DNA from: Candidatus Hermodarchaeota archaeon
GTDB taxonomy: Archaea; Asgardarchaeota; Hermodarchaeia; Hermodarchaeales; Hermodarchaeaceae
Reading direction: 5' to 3'
NCBI GenBank assembly: GCA_016840065.1
Contig: JAEOTB010000054.1
Span: forward strand, 16,483 to 80,482
DNA: 64,000 bases
In this document: piece by piece, positions 19,416 to 28,976 of the stretch
Numbering within the stretch: position 1 is the first letter of the stretch
Layout: each line of letters starts with the position of its first letter
Notes under the pieces: model-generated
Database searches by the model: none
Told to the model about the DNA's origin: nothing
What the model saw: only the letters and a program-made list of their open reading frames with translations
Made by a program: the position numbers and the translations under genes

Positions 19416-20569
19416 TCTTTGATTCCTAGTAGAGGAAATGCTAGTTGCTTCACCCTTTCTATGCTGATGTTAATGACTTTCTTCAGTTGATTTCTTTCTG
19501 AATCAGTCAATTGAGGGGCTTTTTGGTCTCGAACGTGGGTGGGTGGCTCTAATCCGGTGGTTTCTTTGAAGAGCTGCAGCCACTCCTTTGGGATTTCATC
19601 ATCAACAACGAATTCGGCGTATTCACTAAACATCAGAGTCCAGCACCTGGGTACAGAGAGGTAAGAGTAACCACCTCCGCCCACTGTTATGAGACGTCCC
19701 CCTGTATAATGGTTGGTGAGTTCCGCCACCCGGGCTGCTACCTTTGTGTAGGTTTCTGTTGTCAACCTGAGATGCCCTAGTTGGTCTTGGAAGTGAGTAT
19801 CTACTCCACTCTGCATGACAATGGCTTCGGGTTGATAGGTTTCAATGATGGGAGGGACAATGGCTTCAAAGGCTTGGAGATAGAACTCGTCTGTAGTGTA
19901 TGGTGGTAAAGGAACATTGACCGAGTAGCCCTCTCCTTCACCTTCGCCAAGTTCTTCTGGAAAACCTGTGCCTGGGTATAGGGTTCGACCTGTCTCATGG
20001 ATGGAGAGGGTGAGAACACCAGATTCATTGTAGAAGATTTCCTGAACCCCATCCCCGTGGTGAACATCGATATCGATATAGAGGATTCGTTCGAGCCCAT
20101 ATTGTTTTTGTAAGTGGCGGCAGGCGATGGCAACATCGTTGAAGATACAGAAACCAGCAGCGCTGCCTGGCCTAGCGTGATGGAGTCCTCCAGCGGGGTT
20201 CCATCCAATACTAGCCTTTCCCTTCATGACATAATCTACACAGGCGAGAGTTGCTCCAACTGCAAGGCAGGTCACTTCATAAGCGCCAGGAAATGCGCTG
20301 GTGTCTCCCATGTCAAGGACGGAGTAATTGTCCTTCTGACTGAGCTTCCGGACTTGATCTATGTAGGATTGAGTGTGGACTAGTCTTACCTGGTCTTCGG
20401 TGGCAGGGGAGAACTCTGGCTCTAGTATGTTGGGACTTTCGAGTATTCCAAGAACTTGACATAACTCATGATGAAGCATTATCCTTTCTTGCCGCAAAGG
20501 ATGTCTTGGACCGAGATCGTAGCGGAGGAAGTCGGGATGGTAAAAAAATGCCACTTTTTTTGTCAACAA
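19412..20569 (-). CDS. acuC: Histone deacetylase-family protein (AcuC-like)
   Basis: HPLRQER, GGLHHA, GFCIFND, DIDVHHGDG, LYPGTG, GVDTH, GGGGY. Confidence 0.9.
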   Translation of the reverse strand: MLTKKVAFFYHPDFLRYDLGPRHPLRQERIMLHHELCQVLGILESPNILEPEFSPATEDQVRLVHTQSYIDQVRKLSQKDNYSVLDMGDTSAFPGAYEVTCLAVGATLACVDYVMKGKASIGWNPAGGLHHARPGSAAGFCIFNDVAIACRHLQKQYGLERILYIDIDVHHGDGVQEIFYNESGVLTLSIHETGRTLYPGTGFPEELGEGEGEGYSVNVPLPPYTTDEFYLQAFEAIVPPIIETYQPEAIVMQSGVDTHFQDQLGHLRLTTETYTKVAARVAELTNHYTGGRLITVGGGGYSYLSVPRCWTLMFSEYAEFVVDDEIPKEWLQLFKETTGLEPPTHVRDQKAPQLTDSERNQLKKVINISIERVKQLAFPLLGIKD

Positions 20570-20796
20570 GTTTACTTCCGAGTTCTTGTTTGTATTGAGA
20601 TATTTATAGGAGATGATAGTATTATATGAGAGAATATTGGAGATTCTTCTTCAAGATTACGTTTTTCGAAGGGTACAATGGTTTTGCGATTTCCTCAATT
20701 GATATGAGATATGTTTTAGGATTACTTAATGTTAATGATTCTTATTCAAAGAAAAATAATCCAAAAGCTATTTAAACCAGAAAGACTTAGCACTAT

Positions 20797-21501
20797 TTGG
20801 GCAGGCAAGCGAGTCGCATTTCGCGATTAACCCGCAATCCTTTAGATCTGGTGCAAATGTTGGGAGAAAATCCACCTGAAAGAGAACCGGTAGAATCCTT
20901 GACAAACCAAGCCATGTCTGTAACTGAAGGAACGCCTATCTTCAAACTTGTTTTTGCGGGCGAAGGAGGAGTAGGTAAAACCTCTATTGTTAACCAATAC
21001 CTTAGCGGAGAACACAATGAGCCACCTATGACGGTGGGCTCAGAGTTCGCTTATCAAGAGGTGGAGTTGGAGAAACAGACAGTAGGTTTGAGTTTGTGGG
21101 ATTTTGGTGGAGAAATTCAATTCCGAGACCTCATCCCGGTCTTTTGCATGGGTGCTCACGGTGCTGTGGTCGTTTTCGACTTGAGCCGTTACTCCACTTT
21201 TCGACAGATTATTGCCTGGCTAGACCTCATTAAGCAGACTGAAGACCACATACCAATAATCCTTGTTGGTTCTAAGAGCGATCTTGCGAGCGGGGGCCCC
21301 TCTGAGGAGGAAATTCAGGCGATTCGCGAGAAATATAAAATCAGAGAGTACATTACAGTCTCATCGTTAACTGGAGAGAATATCTCCAAACTGTTTTTAC
21401 GGATTTCAGAGATACTCATCGAGGCCGTTAAGGATGGGGAAATAACTCCTGCCAAGTCGGTCAAGGTACCTTGTCAGGGAAATGAATCCGTCTGCGATTA
21501 A
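20797..21501 (+). CDS. Rab/Ras-like small GTPase (true start probably ATG 20857 or 20914)
   Basis: G1 GEGGVGKTS, G2 MTVG, G3 WDFGGE, G4 GSKSDL, G5 VSSLTGENI. Confidence 0.9.
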   Translation: MGRQASRISRLTRNPLDLVQMLGENPPEREPVESLTNQAMSVTEGTPIFKLVFAGEGGVGKTSIVNQYLSGEHNEPPMTVGSEFAYQEVELEKQTVGLSLWDFGGEIQFRDLIPVFCMGAHGAVVVFDLSRYSTFRQIIAWLDLIKQTEDHIPIILVGSKSDLASGGPSEEEIQAIREKYKIREYITVSSLTGENISKLFLRISEILIEAVKDGEITPAKSVKVPCQGNESVCD

Positions 21502-21615
21502 GGGTAGACAGGTATACCCCTATCCACACTAGCTTTCAAGGCATTTTATTTCTTCAAAGGCAACGTTTTTTATTGTTAATCAAAGAGAAGCCTTGCATAT
21601 CGTGTGGTGGAATAA

Positions 21616-22356
21616 GTGTTTGAGGGTAAACGTGTTTGTGTAGTAATCCCAGCGTATAATGAGGCGGATGCCATCGGTGAGACAGTCAAGGATTTCCTGA
21701 TTCCTGTAGTTGATGAAATCATCGTCATTGACAACAACTCAACTGACGACACTGCGCGTATAGCCCGTAAGGCAGGAGCAAGGGTGGTCCCTGAACCCAT
21801 TCAGGGTTATGGTGCTGCAATCCGCAAGGGGCTCAATGAGGCTCTTGAAGGGGGAAACCATTTCATTGTAATTACAGAGGCAGATGCTTCATTTAGGGGA
21901 TCGGATGTTGGCAAATTGCTGGAGAATTGCCGAGATCGCCATTTTGTCGTGGGCACGCGCACAGCTACACCCTATCTAGGCGAAGGAGCAAACATGGGAT
22001 TATTCCTTGTAGTTGGGAACATGGCTGTGGCGAAGCTTCTGGGGCTCCTTCATGGCTATCCTCCCTTAACTGATGTGGGCTGCACTCTTCGCGTCATTAG
22101 ACGCCCCATGCTAAAGGCTGTCCTTCCAGAGCTAGAGGCAGATGGAGCTGCCCTTTCACCTGAAATGATTGTGCGGGTTCTCAGACATGGTGGACGTATG
22201 AAGGAAATTCCTGTTCATTACCTAGCACGTGTTGGCACGGCAAAAATTACTACATCCCGAAGGAAGGCTTTCAGGAATGGCCTTATGATGATTCAGGTAA
22301 TTCTTGGAACACCAGGGAAAATATTGGTTGGTCCTTTCCTCCGGCTCTTCAAGTAG
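21616..22356 (+). CDS. GT2 polyprenol/dolichol-phosphate glycosyltransferase
   Basis: VVIPAYNE, VIDNNSTD, GYG.A, EAD, GTR, TDVGC.LR. Confidence 0.85.
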   Translation: MFEGKRVCVVIPAYNEADAIGETVKDFLIPVVDEIIVIDNNSTDDTARIARKAGARVVPEPIQGYGAAIRKGLNEALEGGNHFIVITEADASFRGSDVGKLLENCRDRHFVVGTRTATPYLGEGANMGLFLVVGNMAVAKLLGLLHGYPPLTDVGCTLRVIRRPMLKAVLPELEADGAALSPEMIVRVLRHGGRMKEIPVHYLARVGTAKITTSRRKAFRNGLMMIQVILGTPGKILVGPFLRLFK

Positions 22357-22370
22357 TTCTGTAACAATCG

Positions 22371-23114
22371 CTAGCGTTTGTCGTGGTAGCGTAGCATCTC
22401 CTCGGCGAAGGTAATATCTTCGGGGTATGTAACATTCAGGTAGGTTCCTCCGAGGAAGTAGCCATGTACTGCATGCCCCAACTTGGTGAGGGTATTTAGT
22501 GTATCAGTTATCTCGATTTCCTTCTTTGCAGATTTGGGTGTTTTCCGGATAGCATCAAAGACTGTTTCATCAAAGATGTAGGAGCCACACCCGAGAATCT
22601 TGTTGGTAACAACTGTGGGCTTCTCGACAAGATAACGGATACGATGAGTATCCATATCGATGTCCACTGAATAGTTGCGGCGAATTAGTTCCTCCTTCTC
22701 CACCCACATGAGACCAATAGAAGCGTTGCAGCCAGTTTCGTCAAAGCCTTGGATGAAACCCGTGTGATTTGAACCCAGATATAACTCATCCCCTAAGTAG
22801 ACTGCAAAGGGCGGCTTTACAATTCCTTCAGTCAGGCCAACAGCGTGACCAATACCTTCAGGGTGCGGCTGCCCTACATACTCTATGGACAACCCGAGTT
22901 CCGAGCCGTCGCCAAAGTAATCCTTCACAACATTCGATTCAGGATTAACAATGAGTATTATCTTCTCAAGACCTGCTTGTTTGCAGCGATCCAGCACGTA
23001 GGCGAGAATAGGCCGCTCCAATACCTGAATCATTGGTTTTGGTACTCTCTCCGAGTAGGGCTTAATCCGTTTGCCAGCACCTGCCGCTGGAATCACAGCA
23101 TAACGGGGGGGCAT
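22371..23114 (-). CDS. Sugar-1-phosphate nucleotidyltransferase (RmlA/GalU-like)
   Basis: IPAAGAGKRIKP...PKPM, FGDGS, YLGD, VEKP, EITD. Confidence 0.9.
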   Translation of the reverse strand: MPPRYAVIPAAGAGKRIKPYSERVPKPMIQVLERPILAYVLDRCKQAGLEKIILIVNPESNVVKDYFGDGSELGLSIEYVGQPHPEGIGHAVGLTEGIVKPPFAVYLGDELYLGSNHTGFIQGFDETGCNASIGLMWVEKEELIRRNYSVDIDMDTHRIRYLVEKPTVVTNKILGCGSYIFDETVFDAIRKTPKSAKKEIEITDTLNTLTKLGHAVHGYFLGGTYLNVTYPEDITFAEEMLRYHDKR

Positions 23115-23257
23115 TGCAAGAAGCAAAACGCTTCCAAGTGCTTAAAAGCCTTGTCAGTTTCCCCCACTAAGAAGTTTGGTAGTAGGGCGAGGATTTTTAG
23201 GCTAGCAGATTGCAGAAGCCTTTACTCTTCATTCAAGGAACACGAAGGGGCTCTGCC

Positions 23258-24271
23258 ATGCGTTCACGAACCTATTATGCTATCGCTGTCATCAGCCTAA
23301 TACTCATTGTCATCTGGCTCCACCTTGCTCTTCTTCCAGAGGGGGGCCTCTATGCTATCCTGAATGTACTACTTACTGTGAATCTATTCTGGTTGCTGCC
23401 TGCCTTTGGTCTTTTTGCCATAGCTTATGTTCTCAGAGCTGTTCGTTGGTGGCAGTTACTCAGACCCTTCAAAACAGGAGGCAATCCAGCTAACCTCTTC
23501 CCCATCATTGTCGGTGGTATCTTCCTAACCTATGTGGTTCCTCTTCGTGCCGGGGATATTGCGACACCATATTGGCTTCGAGAGAAAAGGGGGACTCGCT
23601 TTACTGCAGGACTCTCTTCTGTGCTTCTTGCAAGGCTCCTAGACTTTGCCAGCCTCACGCTAATAGTGATAGTCTTTGCCATTCTCATCTTTGGTACGGT
23701 AGCTGACGTGATGCGATATATCATTGTAGGTGGAATCATTGGTGTTGCCTTTGTCGCCTTTTTCCTCCTTATTCGTAGCGGGCGATTCGTTGGTTTTCTT
23801 TCTCGGATACTTGGTCGTTTATTCAAACCCTCTGAGCGGCTCCGAGATGATGTGCCTAAATTCGTGGAAAACGCTGCTTCCGATATGAGGACTGTGATTA
23901 GCAGTTGGAACTCTGGAGGTGCACTCCTCACTAGTGTACCCCTCTGGATCCTAGAGACCGCCAAGCTTGTATTCCTTGGTCTAGCCCTTGGTGTTGACAT
24001 TCCTCTTCTAATATCCTGCTTTGCTGCCTCTCTTAGCTACATGGGCGGCCACGCCTCTGGTATTTTCTTGCCCGCAGGAATTGGTATATTCCTCTTTCAA
24101 AACATCACCCTTGGTTTTTGGCTCACAACATCAGGTGTTCCTGCTGCGGTAGTGGCGAGTATTGCCCTCTTGGATGGTCTAATCTATATCATTGGTCTTA
24201 CTGTACTCGGTGTTCCCTCCATTGCGAGTATGGGACGTGGTTATCGAGAACTTCAAGAAGATGAGAGCTAG
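23258..24271 (+). CDS. Lysylphosphatidylglycerol synthase TM / putative flippase (UPF0104, AglD2-like)
   Basis: LRAVRW..LL, VPLRAGD, RLLD, PAGIG motifs; ~8 TM. Confidence 0.8.
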   Translation: MRSRTYYAIAVISLILIVIWLHLALLPEGGLYAILNVLLTVNLFWLLPAFGLFAIAYVLRAVRWWQLLRPFKTGGNPANLFPIIVGGIFLTYVVPLRAGDIATPYWLREKRGTRFTAGLSSVLLARLLDFASLTLIVIVFAILIFGTVADVMRYIIVGGIIGVAFVAFFLLIRSGRFVGFLSRILGRLFKPSERLRDDVPKFVENAASDMRTVISSWNSGGALLTSVPLWILETAKLVFLGLALGVDIPLLISCFAASLSYMGGHASGIFLPAGIGIFLFQNITLGFWLTTSGVPAAVVASIALLDGLIYIIGLTVLGVPSIASMGRGYRELQEDES

Positions 24272-24383
24272 GTAACTCCTCCCTATGTTGACACTCTAGT
24301 TCTACTAAAACCAAAAGGTTAAAAGTTGTCTAGGCACTACGCTGAACCTCAAGATATCCCAATCAACTGTTTGGTGAGAATCT

Positions 24384-25436
24384 ATGCCTTTGAAGAATCC
24401 TCCTCTTGCTGTTGTGAAGACGACTCCGAAGACTTACTTCGACGATGTTTCTCGTCTTTTCAGATTGGCAAAATTTGACAAGGTTATGAACCCAAAGAAG
24501 CGTACCGCTATCAAGCTCAATATTAGTTGGCAGGAATATTTCCCAGCTTGTAGCACTGCTCCATATCAGCTAGAGGGGTTGCTCAAGGTGTTAACCGACC
24601 TTGGCTTCAATGATATAATCGCTGTTGAGAATATGACAGTGGTCACTGATGCTCGTACTGGTATGTACAAGAACCGATTCGTGCCTGTTCTTGAGAAGTA
24701 CGATATTCCCTACACGATTCTTTTGGATGAGAAGTGGAAAGAGGTGAATCCCTCCAAACCAATGGTGTTTGGTCAGGAGGACATGTTGATGCCAGAGACC
24801 ATCCTGGGAGCTCAGGTCATCCATCTACCTACATTCAAATGTCATGGGCACAGCACAATCACCTGTTCGTTGAAGAACGCTTTTGGTTTTCTCAAGACTG
24901 TTCGCCACCATTACCACTTGAAGATACACGAGATTCTCGTGGACTTGTTACGTATTCAGCAGGAGTTCTGTGGTCCACTCTTTGGCTTCGCGGATAGCAC
25001 CATTGCCATGGATGGAGCAGGGCCTCGCACAGGCGTACCCTATGTTAAAGATTACATCGCGGCAAGCGCTGACCTAGTTGCCCTAGATGCTCTGTGTGCC
25101 AAGATGCTTGGTTACGACCCGATGAGTATCGGTCATGTCCGTATGGCCCACGAGCAGGGATTGGGCAACGCAGATTTAGATTCAGTAGACCTGGTGGGTG
25201 ACTGTGTGGATAATGTGTGCTTTGGCTTCAAGACCAAGTTAGATCCAGTTATTCGCTTTGACCGCTTATTCCGTAGCAGCCTCCTTGAGCCCCTGATGAT
25301 GCGATCCGCATTCTTCAAGGTCAATGTTAAAATCAGCCACTATCTACGCGACATTTGGCTGAGGACCCGTGGGAGACGACACATCGCTCGGATCATGAAA
25401 ACCAGATGGGGCAAGTTCTTCCGCACCTATCTTTAG
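24384..25436 (+). CDS. DUF362 domain protein
   Basis: IKLN, LPTFKCHGH...CSLKNAFG, AMDGAGP, D.VA.D motifs. Confidence 0.8.
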   Translation: MPLKNPPLAVVKTTPKTYFDDVSRLFRLAKFDKVMNPKKRTAIKLNISWQEYFPACSTAPYQLEGLLKVLTDLGFNDIIAVENMTVVTDARTGMYKNRFVPVLEKYDIPYTILLDEKWKEVNPSKPMVFGQEDMLMPETILGAQVIHLPTFKCHGHSTITCSLKNAFGFLKTVRHHYHLKIHEILVDLLRIQQEFCGPLFGFADSTIAMDGAGPRTGVPYVKDYIAASADLVALDALCAKMLGYDPMSIGHVRMAHEQGLGNADLDSVDLVGDCVDNVCFGFKTKLDPVIRFDRLFRSSLLEPLMMRSAFFKVNVKISHYLRDIWLRTRGRRHIARIMKTRWGKFFRTYL

Positions 25437-25496
25437 CCCTTGACGTAAAGCTTTTGTTTAACACCCTCACAACGCTTGTAAGGGAGTACGCTGGCT

Positions 25497-27290
25497 GTGG
25501 ACTCTGAACAGACAAGTACTGGAAAAGAACCTAGTACACTTCAACATCTAATTAGTTGGTTGAACCTTTCTGACATTCCTAAGTTACGTCGTGAATCAAG
25601 CTTCTGGGCAGGTCTCATCGTCCGATCCGCCACCATTACCACCTTCCTACTCTTCCTCTTCATCGGTGGGGATATAACGGATATGAATGAGCTTCTGTTC
25701 AAGGGATTGGCTAACCTTTTGCAGGGTACCAGTCCTTACGGTCAGTCCTACGCCTTGGCGACCTTTGGTGGGTCCTTCACCCAGTCATACTTTAACTACC
25801 CGCCCTTTGCCATCATATTTCACATCCCTGGACTCCTCTGGCCTGGTCCTCATAGTATTGGATCTCTAGATTTCATGCCGGGTTTCCTCCTTCTTCACAC
25901 CTTCTTTGACTTCATTATCTATTATCGGCTTCACCAAGCAGGTTACTCCAGAGCTCCCGTTATGCTCTGGGTTAATCCAGGAATGGTCTTTGTTGATGTT
26001 GTAACCTTCATCTCATTACCCCTCCTTCTCCTTACACTAGCTATCCTAAACATAAATGACGCAGTTCGTTGCGGCCTCTACTCAGCCTTGCTAGCAGCTA
26101 GTTATCAGTTGGGAGTTGTCTTTCTTCCCTTCTTTCTGATTTACCACCTTGACAGGAAGAATTTCCGTCGTGCCATTGCTGGTATGCTACCGGTTTTTGC
26201 AGTCACACTATTTTTCTTCGTGATTTCCCCTTTTGCGTTCACCAATGACCTCTTCATCGCTCAGTTCGGTCGGCCGCCTGTCAATTGGCTTGATTCGAAT
26301 CCAAGTAGCCCATTCTTTAACAGGTACTATCCGATGAGTTTCTTGTTCATGGGTTCCTTGCCTGCAATTGTCTTCAACATTGCCATTAGTCTCGGTGTTT
26401 CACCTGCCTTGGCGCCGCGTATCTCCTTACCTATGTTAATCATAGTTGTAGTTATTGCCCTTGTGTTCCTGATTCACTTTCTCCGTAATCCCCGCAGGGG
26501 ATTGGCAATTCTATATCCCGGCGTCCTCCTTACTCTTCTGATTGCTAGCATGTCAGAAGGGATTGCCCATTATTGGGTCCTGACAATTACTCTACCATTT
26601 CTTGCCTGGAATCAACGTCACACCTTTTTCTCAAACCCCAGAGCAACAATTATAGGCTCAGGTTCACCTCAACCCATCGCCCTCGCTGAGGGAAAACCTA
26701 ATAGCTCAGGAATACAAGCTTCAAAAAGTCGGAGAGAGGCAAGAATGTCACGACTCCCAAAATTCATCCGGCGCATCTTCGAATCCATCGATTTAGAACG
26801 TGGGGAACGATTAATCAGTAAGTTCGAGAGCCTACCCTTCATTTGTGGGATACGACGCTATATAGCGTTTTGGCCCCTGCTTGAGGACCAACTCACACTC
26901 GAACTAGGATCTGAAAGAGGATTCGGTAGCAAGGGAGTCGCAAGCTGTGTACGAACGGACCTTCGCCCAATAAATGGAGTCGACGTTGTCTGCGACGCAA
27001 CAACCCTCCCCTTCCGAGATGACGTTTTTGACCGAACCTGGTGCGTCTACCTCATCCATCACATACCCGATGTTCGTCAACTACTACTTGAGGCAAAGCG
27101 AGTCTCTAGAAAAGCATATTTCTTTGATTTCATCCCCCGCACTTGGCTGCACTACTTCTCAATAGTCTTTGACAGATTATTCTTTGGTGATAAAATCCAC
27201 CCGCCCTCACCTCAAGCGATGAAGGATATGGCTCCAGGACTACGCGTCTACCCCCAGGGTGCTTTGGGTGGTGTCCTATATGCCCTCTGA
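25497..27290 (+). CDS. GT-C (GT87-like) membrane glycosyltransferase fused to a C-terminal class I SAM-methyltransferase-like domain
   Basis: DMNEL...G.SPY, FNYPP; ~10 TM; C-terminal LELGS.RG, DVVCDATTLPFRDDVFD, IHHIPD. Confidence 0.7.
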   Translation: MDSEQTSTGKEPSTLQHLISWLNLSDIPKLRRESSFWAGLIVRSATITTFLLFLFIGGDITDMNELLFKGLANLLQGTSPYGQSYALATFGGSFTQSYFNYPPFAIIFHIPGLLWPGPHSIGSLDFMPGFLLLHTFFDFIIYYRLHQAGYSRAPVMLWVNPGMVFVDVVTFISLPLLLLTLAILNINDAVRCGLYSALLAASYQLGVVFLPFFLIYHLDRKNFRRAIAGMLPVFAVTLFFFVISPFAFTNDLFIAQFGRPPVNWLDSNPSSPFFNRYYPMSFLFMGSLPAIVFNIAISLGVSPALAPRISLPMLIIVVVIALVFLIHFLRNPRRGLAILYPGVLLTLLIASMSEGIAHYWVLTITLPFLAWNQRHTFFSNPRATIIGSGSPQPIALAEGKPNSSGIQASKSRREARMSRLPKFIRRIFESIDLERGERLISKFESLPFICGIRRYIAFWPLLEDQLTLELGSERGFGSKGVASCVRTDLRPINGVDVVCDATTLPFRDDVFDRTWCVYLIHHIPDVRQLLLEAKRVSRKAYFFDFIPRTWLHYFSIVFDRLFFGDKIHPPSPQAMKDMAPGLRVYPQGALGGVLYAL

Positions 27291-27342
27291 CCTGAAAGAA
27301 TAAAAGAAAGAAGAGAGCCACGAAGAAGCGGTGCGTGTTTCC

Positions 27343-28542
27343 ATGAGTAACCCCCCTCCCTACCCATTGGTTCATCCTGCACCTGAGGTTGATGGTCTAC
27401 TCTCAACAATAAGCGTTAAACTACGGCATAGCTTCACTCTTTACCGGAGCTGGTGGAAAGAAATCGGTCTAGGTGCCTATATCCGAATCTTATCTTTCAT
27501 CGGCATCATGTTAGCAGCCTTCACAAACCCCCTCTTTCCAGACGTAAATGACATGAACGAGCTAATCACGCTCGGTATAGTCTATATGTTTCAGGGGCAG
27601 AACCCCTATGGGCAAACTTATGTGCTTTCAGCCTTGGGGGCAACGCCTAGTGATACCTACGTTCAGAACTTTCTAAACTATGGTCCCATGAACCTGCTGC
27701 TGCACCTTCCTTGTATGATTTATCCGTGGATGATTAATGGGGCAGGGTACATGAATTTTCAGCCAAGTTTCTTCCTCTTTCATACAATCTTTGATTTTTT
27801 GATGTTTGACAGGTTGATGCGGATGAATCAGCGCTTTGTCGCTTTGTTTGTTTGGATTAACCCTCTGTTTGTGACGCTTAACTTGGTGACTCATATGAGT
27901 GTCCCATTGCTTCTGGTAGTTTTGGGGTACGAGAATTGGAAGGATCCGGTGCAATCTGTGTTTTGGTTGGGACTCGGTGCACTCACCTACCAGTATATAG
28001 CCTTGCTGCTGATTTTTGCGATTGCCTACCATATCCGGAGCTGTAAAGGAGTGTTACTTGGTTTACTCCCATCCCTAGCTGTCCTCGGTGCTTTCCAGCT
28101 TTGGGCTGTGTTCGAGGGGCGACCCTTCGTCCTTGTAGATGATTTGTTGCTGCAGCAGTTTGGTAGACCTTATGAGCCTTGGTTCCCTGATCACCAATAC
28201 AGTTGGTATACTTGGACCGGCTCTATCCCTGCCGTTGTGTATAACGTGTTGGGTCAGGTTGATCCCCTGATGGTTTTAACCGGTGGTTTGCTTCGACTAA
28301 GTACCTTAATGAACGCCATCGCGCTATCCATTGCGGTAGTCTTTCTCCTCCATATTGTCATTGAACCGAACTATAAGCGGTCTGTCCTCTATGGTGCTCT
28401 TGCCCTTCTTTTAGTATTGCTTAGTTCACCTTCTGGGATCTGGCATCATAATTTCGTTGTGGCGTTCCCGCTCTACATGACTTCTGTTGAGCGGGGGCAG
28501 CTAAAAAGGTGGAAGGATTTCCGAGTAAGGTCAGGGACCTAA
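27343..28542 (+). CDS. GT-C (GT87-like) membrane glycosyltransferase, paralog of upstream gene
   Basis: Shares DMNEL..G....QG..PYGQ.Y.L, NY.P, F.P.F.L.HT.FDF, QFGRP and GS.PA.V.N with 25497. Confidence 0.7.
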   Translation: MSNPPPYPLVHPAPEVDGLLSTISVKLRHSFTLYRSWWKEIGLGAYIRILSFIGIMLAAFTNPLFPDVNDMNELITLGIVYMFQGQNPYGQTYVLSALGATPSDTYVQNFLNYGPMNLLLHLPCMIYPWMINGAGYMNFQPSFFLFHTIFDFLMFDRLMRMNQRFVALFVWINPLFVTLNLVTHMSVPLLLVVLGYENWKDPVQSVFWLGLGALTYQYIALLLIFAIAYHIRSCKGVLLGLLPSLAVLGAFQLWAVFEGRPFVLVDDLLLQQFGRPYEPWFPDHQYSWYTWTGSIPAVVYNVLGQVDPLMVLTGGLLRLSTLMNAIALSIAVVFLLHIVIEPNYKRSVLYGALALLLVLLSSPSGIWHHNFVVAFPLYMTSVERGQLKRWKDFRVRSGT

Positions 28543-28677
28543 CGTCGCATTTAGACTGACTCTGATTTCAGTATTTCCTGAGGGATAATATTAATTTCAC
28601 GCCAAGCACATTGAACCATGCTCAGACGTTATTCCCCAGATAACATTATATAGAATCCGAAAGGAGTATGAGATATT

Positions 28678-28818
28678 ATGTGTCCCAGAAGACCATCTAC
28701 TTCACGTGAAACACATCCCGAGAAAGTAAGGAAACCCTCCAAGAGAGGGAGAAGTTCTCGTCAAGTTCAAGATACCCTCGGAATAGAACGTCCCGAGAAA
28801 ATAGTCAAAGACGAGTAG
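28678..28818 (+). CDS. Possible 46-aa basic peptide
   Basis: MCPRRPSTSRETHPEKVRKPSKRGRSSRQVQDTLGIERPEKIVKDE; upstream TATA-like ATTATATA and AAGGAG. Confidence 0.35.
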   Translation: MCPRRPSTSRETHPEKVRKPSKRGRSSRQVQDTLGIERPEKIVKDE

Positions 28819-28976
28819 CTTGTTCAGTGGTCAATCACTATCCACTCTACATGTGCAATTGGTTGGTCACAACCATCATGCCCTCCGATACTTATGACCA
28901 TGGAGGGGAATGTTCGTTAAGTGTTTCACTAAGATTGTGTGCTACGTTCCGTTCGTTTTCAGTAGGCTTGAATTAA

